Source: an uncultured Chitinophaga sp.
Lineage (GTDB): Bacteria; Bacteroidota; Bacteroidia; UKL13-3
NCBI GenBank assembly: GCA_964545895.1
Contig: CAZJHS010000007.1
Span: forward strand, 1 to 63,052
Length of the DNA stretch: 63,052 bases
Direction: 5' to 3'
A program made the translations under genes and the position numbers. The notes under the pieces are model-generated. The model made no database searches and had not been told where the DNA came from. It was given only the letters and a program-made list of their open reading frames with translations. This document shows, in pieces, positions 9,794-20,150 of this stretch (position 1 is the stretch's first letter; every line of letters starts with the position of its first letter).

Positions 9794-9829
9794 AAAAAGC
9801 CGCCCGAAACAAGTTCGGGACGGCTTTTT
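9794..9829. terminator. Bidirectional terminator between convergent genes
   Basis: AAAAAGCCGCCCGAA-acaag-TTCGGG(A)CGGCTTTTT. Confidence 0.8.
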
Positions 9830-9846
9830 ATTTATAATTTAAGCTA

Positions 9847-10806
9847 CTATGCTTTAAGCTTTTTTGCAGCTTCTAATATTTTAGGCAATACTTCAAAAGC
9901 ATCACCAACAATACCATAATCGGCAGCTTTAAAAAATGGAGCTTCTGGATCTTTATTAATAGCTACAATTACTTTGCTTGAACTTACTCCAGCTAAATGT
10001 TGAATTGCTCCACTAATACCAATGGCTATGTATAAGTTTGGTTTAATGGTAATACCCGTTTGACCAACGTGCTCGCTATGTGGACGCCAGTGCATATCAC
10101 TAACTGGCTTTGAACAAGCTGTTGCAGCACCTAATACATTGGCTAATTCTTCAATGATACCCCAATGCTCAGGACCTTTCATTCCGCGACCAGCACTTAC
10201 TACCAACTCAGCTTCAGTTAATGGAATTTTACCAGTAACACGCGAAACTTCAATTGGGTTTGAAATAAAATCAGCATCAGTTAATCCTCCATCAGCCATT
10301 TCAATTGCAGCAGTTTTATTAAACTCTTGCACATCAAAAGTATTAGGTGTTAATGCCAATACTTTAACTGCAGTTGTTAAACTTACATCAGAAAATGCTT
10401 TACCACTAAATACAGTTTTGCGAACCACAAAACCGTTTGCAGTATTAGGTGTTGAAATAACTCCTGATGCTACACCTGCTTTTAATTTTGCAGCTACTCT
10501 ACCTGCAATTGATTTACCAGTATAAGTATTACTCATCACTACCACTGAAGCAGATGAAGCAATATTTGCTAAAGCCTTAGCATAAGCTTCGGCTACAAAT
10601 TGATTTAACTTATCAGATTTTACAGATACAACTTTATCTGCACCAAACTTACCTAACTCAGCAAGTTTGCTATCATCAACATTGCCAATACTAACGGCAA
10701 CACAAGGCACACCGTTATTTTGAGCTATACCTGCAGCATAAGATACTGCTTCAAAGGTTGATTTTTTGAAATTACCGTCTATACTTTCTGCGTATACTAC
10801 TATCAT
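9847..10806 (-). CDS. etfA: Electron transfer flavoprotein alpha subunit
   Basis: VVSAGRG, HVGQTG, LYIAIGISGAIQHLAG, NKDPEAPFF. Confidence 0.95.
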   Translation of the reverse strand: MIVVYAESIDGNFKKSTFEAVSYAAGIAQNNGVPCVAVSIGNVDDSKLAELGKFGADKVVSVKSDKLNQFVAEAYAKALANIASSASVVVMSNTYTGKSIAGRVAAKLKAGVASGVISTPNTANGFVVRKTVFSGKAFSDVSLTTAVKVLALTPNTFDVQEFNKTAAIEMADGGLTDADFISNPIEVSRVTGKIPLTEAELVVSAGRGMKGPEHWGIIEELANVLGAATACSKPVSDMHWRPHSEHVGQTGITIKPNLYIAIGISGAIQHLAGVSSSKVIVAINKDPEAPFFKAADYGIVGDAFEVLPKILEAAKKLKA

Positions 10807-10825
10807 AATTCGTTAATTTTAATGA

Positions 10826-11563
10826 TTAGATTACTTTGGCTTCGTTGTGTAATAAGTCAATTAATTGTGCGGCATCTTCTGCTGGAATTAGCTTAACGCC
10901 ACCTTTAGCAGCAGGCATTTCAAAACCAATTGTTGATGCTGTTTTTTCGCCACCGGCTACTTCAACCACTTTTAATGGCTTAGTACGTGCAGCCATAATA
11001 CCACGCATGTTCGGAATACGAGGTTCTGTTAACTCTTTTTGAGCACTAGCTACCAAAGGTAATTTGCAGCTAACTTTTTCTTTTCCACCATCAATATCAC
11101 GTTCCATGGTAGCAATACCACCATCAACATCAATACTTGTTACCACATTAACAGAAGGTATTCCTAACATTTCTGCTAATAAAGTACAAACCAAACCTCC
11201 ATTGTAATCAATAGACTCGCGACCAGTTAAGATTAAATCAAATCCTTCTGTTTTTGCATAATGAGCAATTTGCTCAGCTACAAAATAAGCATCGGTAGGC
11301 TCTGCATTTACGCGCACAGCATCTGTAGCACCAATGGCAAGCGCTTTACGTATACTTGGTTCAGCATCGGCCAAACCTACGTTAATTGCGGTTACAGTAC
11401 CACCCTGTTTCTCGGTAATTTCGAGTGCACGGGTTAGCGCTAGCTCATCATAGGGGTTAATAATAAATTGTACACCTGTAGTATTAAACTTAGTGTTATT
11501 GTCGGTAAATGTTACCTTCGTTGTTGTGTCGGGAACATTGCTGATACAAACTAAAATTTTCAT
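10826..11563 (-). CDS. etfB: Electron transfer flavoprotein beta subunit
   Basis: ATG 11563 MKILVCISNVPDT; INPYDELAL, LILTGRESID, PRIPNMRGIM. Confidence 0.95.
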   Translation of the reverse strand: MKILVCISNVPDTTTKVTFTDNNTKFNTTGVQFIINPYDELALTRALEITEKQGGTVTAINVGLADAEPSIRKALAIGATDAVRVNAEPTDAYFVAEQIAHYAKTEGFDLILTGRESIDYNGGLVCTLLAEMLGIPSVNVVTSIDVDGGIATMERDIDGGKEKVSCKLPLVASAQKELTEPRIPNMRGIMAARTKPLKVVEVAGGEKTASTIGFEMPAAKGGVKLIPAEDAAQLIDLLHNEAKVI

Positions 11564-11588
11564 ATTTTTACTTCGTTGTAAAGTGCAG

Positions 11589-11596
11589 CAAAAGTA
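11589..11596 (-). promoter_or_regulatory. Bacteroidota -7 promoter box for etfBA
   Basis: TACTTTTG (TAnnTTTG) on the minus strand, about 25 nt upstream of the etfB ATG. Confidence 0.65.
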
Positions 11597-11617
11597 ACCA
11601 AAAATTGGTTTTAACAA

Positions 11618-11935
11618 ATGGCAAATATTAGATTAGAAAAACTAACCGAAATGCTTAATAAACAGCCCAATGACGCTTTTTTGCATTATGCGGTTGCCAT
11701 GGAGCATTTAGGATTAAACAATCCTAACCTTGCCCAAGAGTGGTTTAGTAAGGTGTTGGTTTTAGAACCAAAGAATATTGCTACGCATTACCAACTTGGT
11801 ATGTTATTGCATCAAAAAGGTGACGAAAAAGGTGCTATTACCTTGCTTGAAAAAGGTGAAGCTTTAGCAAGAGCTAATGGCGATTTAAAAACTGCCAACG
11901 AGTTTAAAACAGCAATCGAAGAAATTATTTATTAA
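11618..11935 (+). CDS. Small TPR protein
   Basis: PNDAFLHYAVAMEH and ATHYQLGMLL helical repeats. Confidence 0.75.
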   Translation: MANIRLEKLTEMLNKQPNDAFLHYAVAMEHLGLNNPNLAQEWFSKVLVLEPKNIATHYQLGMLLHQKGDEKGAITLLEKGEALARANGDLKTANEFKTAIEEIIY

Positions 11936-11938
11936 CTG

Positions 11939-13321
11939 CTACTGTTCTACTTTAAGCAACTCATTTAATAACCTCGGAAATATTCCTTTGGCTAATTGTT
12001 GCTCGGCTGTTTTATAGGCATCTAAGCCTGCGGTTTCTGGTGTGGTTTGAAATCCTTTTAAATCTTGCAATCCATCTTTAAATATCTCAGCATTGTTTTT
12101 ATTATCAACCAAACTAACCCAAAGATTTAACGCCACGCTTTGCATGTTACCCCATATTATACCAAGGCCTTTAGTATTCGCAGTAAGCCTTAAAATATAA
12201 TCAGCTTCTTCTTTACTACTTACAAAATTGCAACCTGCGTTAACTAGGTTTTTCTTTAAGTAAGTTTCTAAAGGATGCATGTTCATTTTTTGCGATAAAT
12301 TTTGCTCGTCAGTTTCGATGTACATTTTTATTGGAGCAACACTTACTCGTATGGAAGTACCTGGCTCATCAATATTTTTAAGCACATTTTGCAAGGCAAA
12401 ATTTACACTATCTGTTTTTATAATACCCTGCACATCGGCACTTAATCTGATAAGTTGAATAGGATCACGCGCTAATATACGTGCCACACTAAACGAAGCT
12501 ATGCCCTGCTGATCGGTTTGTGTTTGAGCTCCAAAATCCATTTTACCTTGCTCTACATTCATTTTCATGGGCAAATACTGAACGCCTAACTTTCCGGCCA
12601 AAGTATCAGCAAAAAAAACATGTACATCAAACGGATGCTGAATAGGTTTGCCAACCTTACCCATTAAACTTAACGATTTACTTTGTACAGTAATTTTATA
12701 CAATTGAGATTGAATTGAAGATATAATCTCGTTAACCAAATACACATTTTTACCCTTATAATCACTTTGCAAATCTTCGTTTAAATACTCTTGCAATGTG
12801 GCAAGGGCTTTTAACTTTAACCTAAGTATTTGTACATAGTTATTGGTTAAATTCAACTCATCAGCTCGCGCCAAATAATCCTCGGCTCTGTTAATGGCAC
12901 TTTGCATGCGTTTCCTACGCATCTCAGCGTATTGAGCTTTGCTTAAGCGCATATAAATCCAAAAGTAATCGGCATTTTCCCAACTATCTACTACCTCATA
13001 ATTTTCAATTTCATTAAGCGCAGTAATCTTAACCTGACTCTCAAATTGCTGTTTAAATTCTGCATTATTCTGCAACGATTGAAGTACCGAGTTTGATGAA
13101 ACTGTTACTTTAATTTCTGAAATTAAATCATTAAGTGCTTCCTTTTTAGCAGCCTGTTGATACGATTGGGTGCTATTAGCTTTTGGCGCAATGCCTACCC
13201 CAACGTAATACGATTCGTTTACTGGCCTTTGGCTAACCCAGCTTGGCTTTTTATTAGCACGATGCGAAGCGCAAGCAGTAACCATAAGAAGCAAAATAGT
13301 TATATAAGGAAGCTTTTTCAC
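11939..13321 (-). CDS. LPP20-family lipoprotein
   Basis: GTG start, lipobox VTAC; KPSWV...YYVGVG...AKKEALNDLISEIKVTVSS pattern. Confidence 0.7.
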   Translation of the reverse strand: MKKLPYITILLLMVTACASHRANKKPSWVSQRPVNESYYVGVGIAPKANSTQSYQQAAKKEALNDLISEIKVTVSSNSVLQSLQNNAEFKQQFESQVKITALNEIENYEVVDSWENADYFWIYMRLSKAQYAEMRRKRMQSAINRAEDYLARADELNLTNNYVQILRLKLKALATLQEYLNEDLQSDYKGKNVYLVNEIISSIQSQLYKITVQSKSLSLMGKVGKPIQHPFDVHVFFADTLAGKLGVQYLPMKMNVEQGKMDFGAQTQTDQQGIASFSVARILARDPIQLIRLSADVQGIIKTDSVNFALQNVLKNIDEPGTSIRVSVAPIKMYIETDEQNLSQKMNMHPLETYLKKNLVNAGCNFVSSKEEADYILRLTANTKGLGIIWGNMQSVALNLWVSLVDNKNNAEIFKDGLQDLKGFQTTPETAGLDAYKTAEQQLAKGIFPRLLNELLKVEQ

Positions 13322-13351
13322 CGTGATAAATGTTAATGGATTTATAAAAAC

Positions 13352-13390
13352 AAAAGAACACCCCCACTTAATTGTGCCGAGTGTTCTTTT
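13352..13390 (-). terminator. Probable intrinsic terminator
   Basis: AAAAGAACAC ... GTGTTCTTTT inverted repeat 35 nt downstream of the 13425 stop. Confidence 0.55.
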
Positions 13391-13424
13391 ATTAAATTGA
13401 TTAATGGTATAAGGCTAATACTTT

Positions 13425-14024
13425 TTACTGTCCGGCACGCTCTTTAGCCAACTTATCCATCTCAGCGTTAAATATTTCTTCAAACTTTTTCTTGTCGTAG
13501 TCTTGCGCAATTTTCGCATTCTGACCAATTGCTTTTTCTACACCTTCTAAAATAGATTTTTTGTTAGCTTCAATAGCAACCCAGTAGGTGTAGGTATTAT
13601 TAGTTTCTTTAAATATTTTTTCGCCAATAACAGCAACATCAACTAAGGTTTGATTAGTTACCTCGCGCGCTAACTCTTCAAACTTATTATTGAACTCTTG
13701 TGTGCTACCAACCTGACGCTGATTAGTGTATTGTTCAGTTACCTTTTTCATGGTTGTTTGAATCATACCAGCCATTTCGCTTTTAGCATTTTGTAATCCT
13801 ATTTTTTTAGCTGTAATCATATCAGGGCTATTGCCTGATGAACGAGCACGAAATGTTTCTTTATCTGTTTGAAATTCTTTGCCACTAAAAGGTACAGTTA
13901 TTTCTATTGCACCAGTTTGTTTTTCAATTGGAGTTGCTTTTTTTGATTTACATGCTACAGTTAAACTACTCACTGCTCCTATTAATAATGCTGCACTTAG
14001 CAACTTAGTTACTTTGTTTTTCAT
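13425..14024 (-). CDS. LPP20-like lipoprotein
   Basis: ATG 14024, lipobox TVAC; AKKIGLQNAKSEMAGMIQTTM and YTYWVAIE segments. Confidence 0.6.
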   Translation of the reverse strand: MKNKVTKLLSAALLIGAVSSLTVACKSKKATPIEKQTGAIEITVPFSGKEFQTDKETFRARSSGNSPDMITAKKIGLQNAKSEMAGMIQTTMKKVTEQYTNQRQVGSTQEFNNKFEELAREVTNQTLVDVAVIGEKIFKETNNTYTYWVAIEANKKSILEGVEKAIGQNAKIAQDYDKKKFEEIFNAEMDKLAKERAGQ

Positions 14025-14135
14025 GGTAAAGTTTGTTTTAATCGTTTTCAAAAATATAATTTAACTTGGCTTATTCAAACGCAATGCCAAGATTGCATTG
14101 CTCATTTATTTTTTTCGGCAACTAGGCTAAATAAG

Positions 14136-14906
14136 CTAAAACACACTACTATTCAATGCATTAATTATTGATTGTGCATGCTTATAACCAATTTCAAAAA
14201 TTTGTTTAGCCGATGAAACTTTAAATAAGTGATAATCCATTAATCCTGGAGGCTCAATATATACATCACATTTTGAAATATTAGGCTGAACATTTGCACG
14301 TATACCTAAGTGCATTACCCTATCGGCATAATTACGAAACGAAGTGAAACGTTTAGCCTCACTCACTGGATTAACATTTACTCCAATTAACTTATCGCAA
14401 TTTCCATACAAGGGCTCTACCGGTAAATTATTCATTAGCCCTCCATCTACATAATATTGGCCGTTGTAAAGCATGGGTTTTAAAATCATGGGTATAGCAC
14501 TACTTGCCATTACCGCAGGTATTAACTCTCCTTCCGAAAAAAACTCGGCATGTGCTTTAGTAAAATTAGTAGCACAAATATGAAGCGGTATTTTAAGTTG
14601 ATTAAAATGTGTTGCACGTAAATTGGCCTTTAGTGTTTTTTGTAATCCATCGGCACGCAATACTCCAAAAGCCGGACGATAAAATCGTAGAATTTTATAC
14701 ATATCTAGCTTACTAAAAATCTCATAAATCTCTTCTGGTGTATAGCCATCTGCATACAATACACCCACAATACTTCCGGCACTTACAGCCGAAATTACAT
14801 CTGGAAAAATTTGATGTTCGTTTAATGCTTTTAGTACACCAATATGCGCAAATCCGCGTGCGCCTCCACCCGATAATACAATACCTAATTTATGATGCGT
14901 GGTCAT
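14136..14906 (-). CDS. Patatin-like phospholipase
   Basis: LSGGGARG oxyanion motif, AVSAG nucleophile variant, DGG motif. Confidence 0.9.
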   Translation of the reverse strand: MTTHHKLGIVLSGGGARGFAHIGVLKALNEHQIFPDVISAVSAGSIVGVLYADGYTPEEIYEIFSKLDMYKILRFYRPAFGVLRADGLQKTLKANLRATHFNQLKIPLHICATNFTKAHAEFFSEGELIPAVMASSAIPMILKPMLYNGQYYVDGGLMNNLPVEPLYGNCDKLIGVNVNPVSEAKRFTSFRNYADRVMHLGIRANVQPNISKCDVYIEPPGLMDYHLFKVSSAKQIFEIGYKHAQSIINALNSSVF

Positions 14907-14952
14907 TTACTATTATACAATCTAAACCTCAAAGCTAATCCAATTTATTTGA

Positions 14953-16473
14953 TTAGAACTTAACACCACCTGTTACTACAAAATTTAATAAAACATTGTT
15001 GATTGTTGCTGTTGGCGAGTAGCCACCTTCTACCACATATGGAGTATTGAATTCTTTGTATGTAGTTACCACCGATGCAAAATCTATAAAATGTTGCCCG
15101 TTGGTATAACCCAACCCAAAGCTATAACTGTGGCGAGCTAAATCACTGGCAGAAATACCCGCAATACTTTTATATGGGCTAGTATGTAAACTGTATCCAG
15201 CACGCATTCTATACATTTTGGTTAATTTTACTTCTCCTCCAAAACGCATGTTATACGCTTCTTGAAAGCTACTACGTGCCGCAGCATTTTCTTGACTGAA
15301 GCTATGATTATCTGAAGTTAATCTTCCTCTTGTGTAATCAATCATATCAACATCAACCGATAAAAAGCCTAAATCTGGATTCATAAATGAGGCACTTGCA
15401 GTGTACTTTGCAGGTGTAATAATGTTGTATGAGGACTCAACAGTTGGAGAGATTTCTGTGTGTTGACCAATACCTGACCAGTTAACATCGGTAGAAATAG
15501 TATACTTGTAATTATCAGTCATGGCAATACGCGTAGCTGTTTGAGCAGCAAAACCAACTCTAAAATTATCTATTGGTCTAAATATCACCCCAAACCTACC
15601 CGCTACACCATTACCCGTTGATGTTAACTCTGATTTTAATGAACTAGAATTATATAAATGTCCGTAGTTTGGATCTATAACTGTTTTATCGGGGTCGCTT
15701 TCGGTAAAGGTTTCTGTTGATTCATACCTCACACTTGATAGCACTAATCCTGCACCGAAATAAACCATGTTTCCAATATTTAATGATCCATTAAAATTGT
15801 ATTCACCCACTGAGCCTCTCCTCGAAATTTGTTGGCTCTGCAATAATTTGTAATTATTATCTTGACCAAACCAAGGAGAGTAATAACTCGTATTGTTAGC
15901 CGCTGTATCAATTAAATAAGCATTCCACGCCATGCTTGCATAATCAAACCCAGTACCTGGTGCAGCAAACTGATTAGATGGAGTACCATTGGCTTGTTGC
16001 ACATAAAACTGTGAAATATTGCTTTTGGTATTGTAGCCTTCGGCATAAATATTTTGCTGAAAATTATTGGTTCTGTTATACCCAAAACCAAAATTATAGT
16101 TTACAATTCCTTCACTAGCATCGCCACCTTGCAAACCCGTATTTACTTTACTAAAAACAACACCAAAAGATGGAATATTAAAGTTCGTACGCGTATCAAT
16201 ACTCGATTGCCCTAAAAAATCGGCTGTAGCAGTATTAGCAGTTATGGCTCCCGAAAAATTAAACTCACTGCGCCTGTACAAAGCCAATCCTGCTGGGTTT
16301 ATATACACCGATGAAAAATCGGCACCAACAGAGCCAAATGCCCCACCTACACCTTGCGAACGGGCAGTACCCATGTTATAACTTTGCGAGTAACGCAATA
16401 TATCAAATTGGTTTTGTGCTTGTGATTGAAAACTGCACAACAATCCTATTAGTATGATTTTATACTTGTTCAT
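14953..16473 (-). CDS. OmpP1/FadL-family outer-membrane transporter
   Basis: GTARSQGVGGAFGSVGADFSSVYINPAGLALY; C-terminal GGVKF. Confidence 0.85.
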   Translation of the reverse strand: MNKYKIILIGLLCSFQSQAQNQFDILRYSQSYNMGTARSQGVGGAFGSVGADFSSVYINPAGLALYRRSEFNFSGAITANTATADFLGQSSIDTRTNFNIPSFGVVFSKVNTGLQGGDASEGIVNYNFGFGYNRTNNFQQNIYAEGYNTKSNISQFYVQQANGTPSNQFAAPGTGFDYASMAWNAYLIDTAANNTSYYSPWFGQDNNYKLLQSQQISRRGSVGEYNFNGSLNIGNMVYFGAGLVLSSVRYESTETFTESDPDKTVIDPNYGHLYNSSSLKSELTSTGNGVAGRFGVIFRPIDNFRVGFAAQTATRIAMTDNYKYTISTDVNWSGIGQHTEISPTVESSYNIITPAKYTASASFMNPDLGFLSVDVDMIDYTRGRLTSDNHSFSQENAAARSSFQEAYNMRFGGEVKLTKMYRMRAGYSLHTSPYKSIAGISASDLARHSYSFGLGYTNGQHFIDFASVVTTYKEFNTPYVVEGGYSPTATINNVLLNFVVTGGVKF

Positions 16474-16497
16474 GATGATTTTATTTAAAAATTAAAA

Positions 16498-17799
16498 TTA
16501 ACGTGGGCGTGGCATTGATACTCTTCCGCCACCAGAGTTACCTCCTCCTCCTCCAGATCTACCGCCACCAAAACTTGGCGAACCGCCACCCGAAGGTGCA
16601 GGGTACGACATGCGTGGTGCTGGAGGTGGTGATGTATTACCATTTGGTGGCATTACCACTTGCGGATTTTGTTGCGGAGCTTGTTGTGCTGGTGCAGAAT
16701 TATTGCGATTGTAAGCAGGTGGCGTTGGCTGTTGCACAGGAGGCGGAACAACGGCACGGTAAGCTTTACCTTGGTCGACACTTGGCCTATATGTGTTGTA
16801 TGTTGGAGGCGGTGTTGCTCGGTATTGCTCTGGTGCTACATAAACCTGCTTTCCATCTTTATTAATTAACTGCGGCTGATTGGTATTTGGAAGTGCAACA
16901 CGGTTTGGATCAGGAGCGGGCGTAATTGGAGCCTGAACGGTATTTCCTGCAGGTGGCATTTGTTGTACCATACCCGTGCGCGGAATACTAGTGCCTGCAT
17001 CATGACGTGGCGCTTGCACACGCGGATTTGATTTTGACTCATTACCATGATGGTAGTAATTGCCTCCACCATAATAACCACTACCGTAATAATAATTTGG
17101 ATAGCCATAATTCCAACCATAATAACCACCCCAAGGATTATAATATCCGCCATAATAACTTGTATATGGCGAACAATAAGGCGTGTAGCCATAACTATAA
17201 CCAAAAGGATCATAAAAATAACTAGTACGCCAACCTAAACGAGACCTACGCCCCCATCTGCTGCCCCAACCAATGCGTATTCCACTGTAAGTATTCCAAC
17301 CGTAGTTAGGCGCATATCCATAATAATTATTGGAATAAAATCCTTGATTATAATTATTGTAAAATCCCGAGTAGTTGTTTGTATTTGAATATCCGTTTTG
17401 GTAATATGAAGAATTACCATTGTAATCGTAGTTTGCAGGAGGAGGAGTTGTAGTAACTGCGTTATTACTATTATCAGGCTGTTGCGGAGCATTATACTTA
17501 TTTTGATAAGCTTGATAACCTGATGCTGCATTAGGATTAGTGTTATCGTAACCCGAGTAATTTGGAGTATAAACGGGCTCCTCAATAGGTTTTCCGTTAC
17601 CGTATTGTGGAGGATTATTTTTCATAATTTCATTTACATCCACCTCGGGCACATACACTTCTTTAGGTGTAGATTGCTTGCGCGAGTAGTACACATCATC
17701 CTCAACCTGATTTAAAACATGTTGCGATGTACCACATGATGCCAACATTATCAGGCTAATGGGCAACATAAGTAACATATTTATTTTAGCTATTCGCAT
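16498..17799 (-). CDS. Low-complexity (Tyr/Gly/Asn, then Pro/Gln, then Gly) lipoprotein
   Basis: ATG 17799, lipobox LASC, EDDVYYS motif, then compositionally biased blocks. Confidence 0.75.
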   Translation of the reverse strand: MRIAKINMLLMLPISLIMLASCGTSQHVLNQVEDDVYYSRKQSTPKEVYVPEVDVNEIMKNNPPQYGNGKPIEEPVYTPNYSGYDNTNPNAASGYQAYQNKYNAPQQPDNSNNAVTTTPPPANYDYNGNSSYYQNGYSNTNNYSGFYNNYNQGFYSNNYYGYAPNYGWNTYSGIRIGWGSRWGRRSRLGWRTSYFYDPFGYSYGYTPYCSPYTSYYGGYYNPWGGYYGWNYGYPNYYYGSGYYGGGNYYHHGNESKSNPRVQAPRHDAGTSIPRTGMVQQMPPAGNTVQAPITPAPDPNRVALPNTNQPQLINKDGKQVYVAPEQYRATPPPTYNTYRPSVDQGKAYRAVVPPPVQQPTPPAYNRNNSAPAQQAPQQNPQVVMPPNGNTSPPPAPRMSYPAPSGGGSPSFGGGRSGGGGGNSGGGRVSMPRPR

Positions 17800-17827
17800 A
17801 ATACTGTGTTTTATAAGTGTGAAAATA

Positions 17828-17835
17828 TAATTTTG
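17828..17835 (+). promoter_or_regulatory. -7 promoter box for proS
   Basis: TAATTTTG followed by CTG, 50 nt upstream of the ATG. Confidence 0.55.
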
Positions 17836-17884
17836 CTGTCGTTTTACAATGAATGACAAATACTATTCCAAAACAATAATTTAA

Positions 17885-19360
17885 ATGGATATTAAAAAAG
17901 TTAAAAGGAGCGATGACTACAGTGCATGGTATAACAACCTAGTTAAACAAGCTGATTTAGCTGAGCACTCGGCTGTTAAAGGATGCATGGTAATTAAACC
18001 CTATGGCTATGCTATTTGGGAAAAAATGCAAGCCGAATTAGACAGAAGGTTTAAAGAAACAGGACACCAAAACGCTTACTTTCCGCTTTTTATACCTAAA
18101 TCTTTTTTTAGTAAAGAGGCTAGCCACGTGGATGGGTTTGCCAAAGAATGTGCCGTTGTTACCCATTATCGTTTAAAAACAGCCGAAAATGGTGAAATTG
18201 TAGTGGATGAAGATGCTAAATTGGAAGAAGAGTTAATTGTTCGCCCAACATCAGAAACCATTATCTGGAACACCTACCGCGATTGGATTAAATCGCACCG
18301 CGATTTACCTATTCTGGTTAATCAATGGGCTAATGTTGTACGTTGGGAAATGCGTACACGTTTGTTTTTACGTACCACCGAGTTTTTATGGCAAGAAGGC
18401 CACACTGCGCATGCAACATCTGAAGAAGCAGTTGCCGAAACCAAACAAATGCTTGATGTGTACGCAGATTTTGCAGAAAATATTTTAGCTGTGCCTGTTG
18501 TAAGAGGAGTTAAAACGGCTAACGAACGTTTTGCAGGAGCATTAGAAACTTATTGTATTGAAGGATTAATGCAAGATGGGAAAGCCCTACAAATGGGAAC
18601 TTCGCACTTCTTAGGACAAAATTTTGCAAAGGCTTTTGATGTTAAATACACCACCAAAGAAAACAAACAAGAGTACGTTTGGGCTACCTCATGGGGTGTA
18701 TCAACCCGTTTAATGGGTGCATTAATTATGAGCCATAGCGATGATGAAGGATTAGTTTTACCACCAAACTTAGCACCAATACAAGTAGTTATTGTGCCTA
18801 TTACGGGTAAAAAAGACGATGAAAAAACATTGGTATTAAACAAGGCTAAAGAAATTCAGGCTGTATTGCGCAAAAAAGGAATATCTGTAAAATTAGACGA
18901 CCGCGATAACATGACTCCTGGTTTTAAATTTGCCGAATACGAATTAAAAGGTGTGCCTGTGCGTATTGCCATAGGCCCAAGAGATGTGGCTAACGAAAGC
19001 GTGGAAGTTGCACGCAGAGATACCAAAGAAAAACAAGTAATGAGCAGTATTGATATTGAACATAAAATTGAACACCTACTGACTCAAATACAAAACAACA
19101 TTTACCAAAAAGCGCTTGATTACCGCGATGAGCACATTCATACAGTTAACAACTGGGATGAGTTTATGGATGCCTTAGAAAACAAAACTGGTTTTGTAAG
19201 TGCACACTGGGATGGAACTTCAGAAACAGAACAAAAGATTAAAGAACTAACCAAAGCTACCATACGTTGTATTCCGCTGAATAATCCACAAGAAAATGGT
19301 ACTTGTGTACTAACAGGAAGCCCAAGTACACAACGTGTACTTTTTGCAAAAGCTTACTAA
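17885..19360 (+). CDS. proS: Proline--tRNA ligase (archaeal/eukaryote-type)
   Basis: [31 protein letters not shown]-terminal FAKAY. Confidence 0.97.
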   Translation: MDIKKVKRSDDYSAWYNNLVKQADLAEHSAVKGCMVIKPYGYAIWEKMQAELDRRFKETGHQNAYFPLFIPKSFFSKEASHVDGFAKECAVVTHYRLKTAENGEIVVDEDAKLEEELIVRPTSETIIWNTYRDWIKSHRDLPILVNQWANVVRWEMRTRLFLRTTEFLWQEGHTAHATSEEAVAETKQMLDVYADFAENILAVPVVRGVKTANERFAGALETYCIEGLMQDGKALQMGTSHFLGQNFAKAFDVKYTTKENKQEYVWATSWGVSTRLMGALIMSHSDDEGLVLPPNLAPIQVVIVPITGKKDDEKTLVLNKAKEIQAVLRKKGISVKLDDRDNMTPGFKFAEYELKGVPVRIAIGPRDVANESVEVARRDTKEKQVMSSIDIEHKIEHLLTQIQNNIYQKALDYRDEHIHTVNNWDEFMDALENKTGFVSAHWDGTSETEQKIKELTKATIRCIPLNNPQENGTCVLTGSPSTQRVLFAKAY

Positions 19361-19369
19361 TACTTTACT

Positions 19370-19393
19370 AAAAGACCCGCAAGGGTCTTTTTT
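19370..19393 (+). terminator. Intrinsic terminator with GCAA tetraloop
   Basis: AAAAGACCC-GCAA-GGGTCTTTTTT. Confidence 0.85.
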
Positions 19394-19446
19394 GTTTTAG
19401 CAGCTTTACACTAAGTTTGTTGTTACAGTAACTAACCCAACGCATC

Positions 19447-20136
19447 ATGACCGAATCAAAACTTAAAGAAATAAAGGAAATACTTTGCCGTAAAAGTAAA
19501 ACCAAGCAACAAGTGTTTAAAATAACACAAGCTGTTTTTCATGATTTGAAAATGGTTTTACGCGATATTGAATCAGAAATCACCCCTGAAATTGGAGATA
19601 AAGCGCCAATGGTTGAAGTAAAGTATTATGATAAGGGAGACTTTGAGGCGCACTTAAAGTTTAGTGGCGATACCTTGGTAATTATGATGCATACCAATGT
19701 GTTTGACTTAGACGAAAATCATTACATTACCAAAACAAAATACATACAAGAAGATCCATTAAGGGAGTTTTGCGGCATGATTCAGGTGTACAATTTCTTG
19801 TCAGACTCGTTACGCTATAACCGCGAGCATGATATGGGTTATTTAATTGCGCGAATTTTTATTAATAAAGATCAACACTTTTTTATTGATGGAAAACGGC
19901 CTTTGCCATTTATGTTTGGCGATTTAGAAAAGAACATGATGAGCAAAGAAAACCTGAGAACAATTATTGAAGAGGCTATGCTTTTTTGTTTAAACTTTGA
20001 TTTAATTGTGCCACCAGTAGATGCCATTAATTTTATTACTGTTGAGCAAAAAAACATTATGAGCCACAGTAGTGGTATGCCTACCTCAAAACGTTTAGGT
20101 TTTAGTATGCAAAAAGACGACACCAGCCTAAGTTAA
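19447..20136 (+). CDS. Hypothetical protein
   Basis: 229-aa ORF with normal codon usage; no motif recognised. Confidence 0.7.
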   Translation: MTESKLKEIKEILCRKSKTKQQVFKITQAVFHDLKMVLRDIESEITPEIGDKAPMVEVKYYDKGDFEAHLKFSGDTLVIMMHTNVFDLDENHYITKTKYIQEDPLREFCGMIQVYNFLSDSLRYNREHDMGYLIARIFINKDQHFFIDGKRPLPFMFGDLEKNMMSKENLRTIIEEAMLFCLNFDLIVPPVDAINFITVEQKNIMSHSSGMPTSKRLGFSMQKDDTSLS

Positions 20137-20150
20137 GTGAATAGTGCTAA

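Noticed and set aside
16503-17585. Several overlapping 60-120 aa ORFs on both strands
   Set aside because: By-products of the low-complexity lipoprotein gene; no independent motifs.
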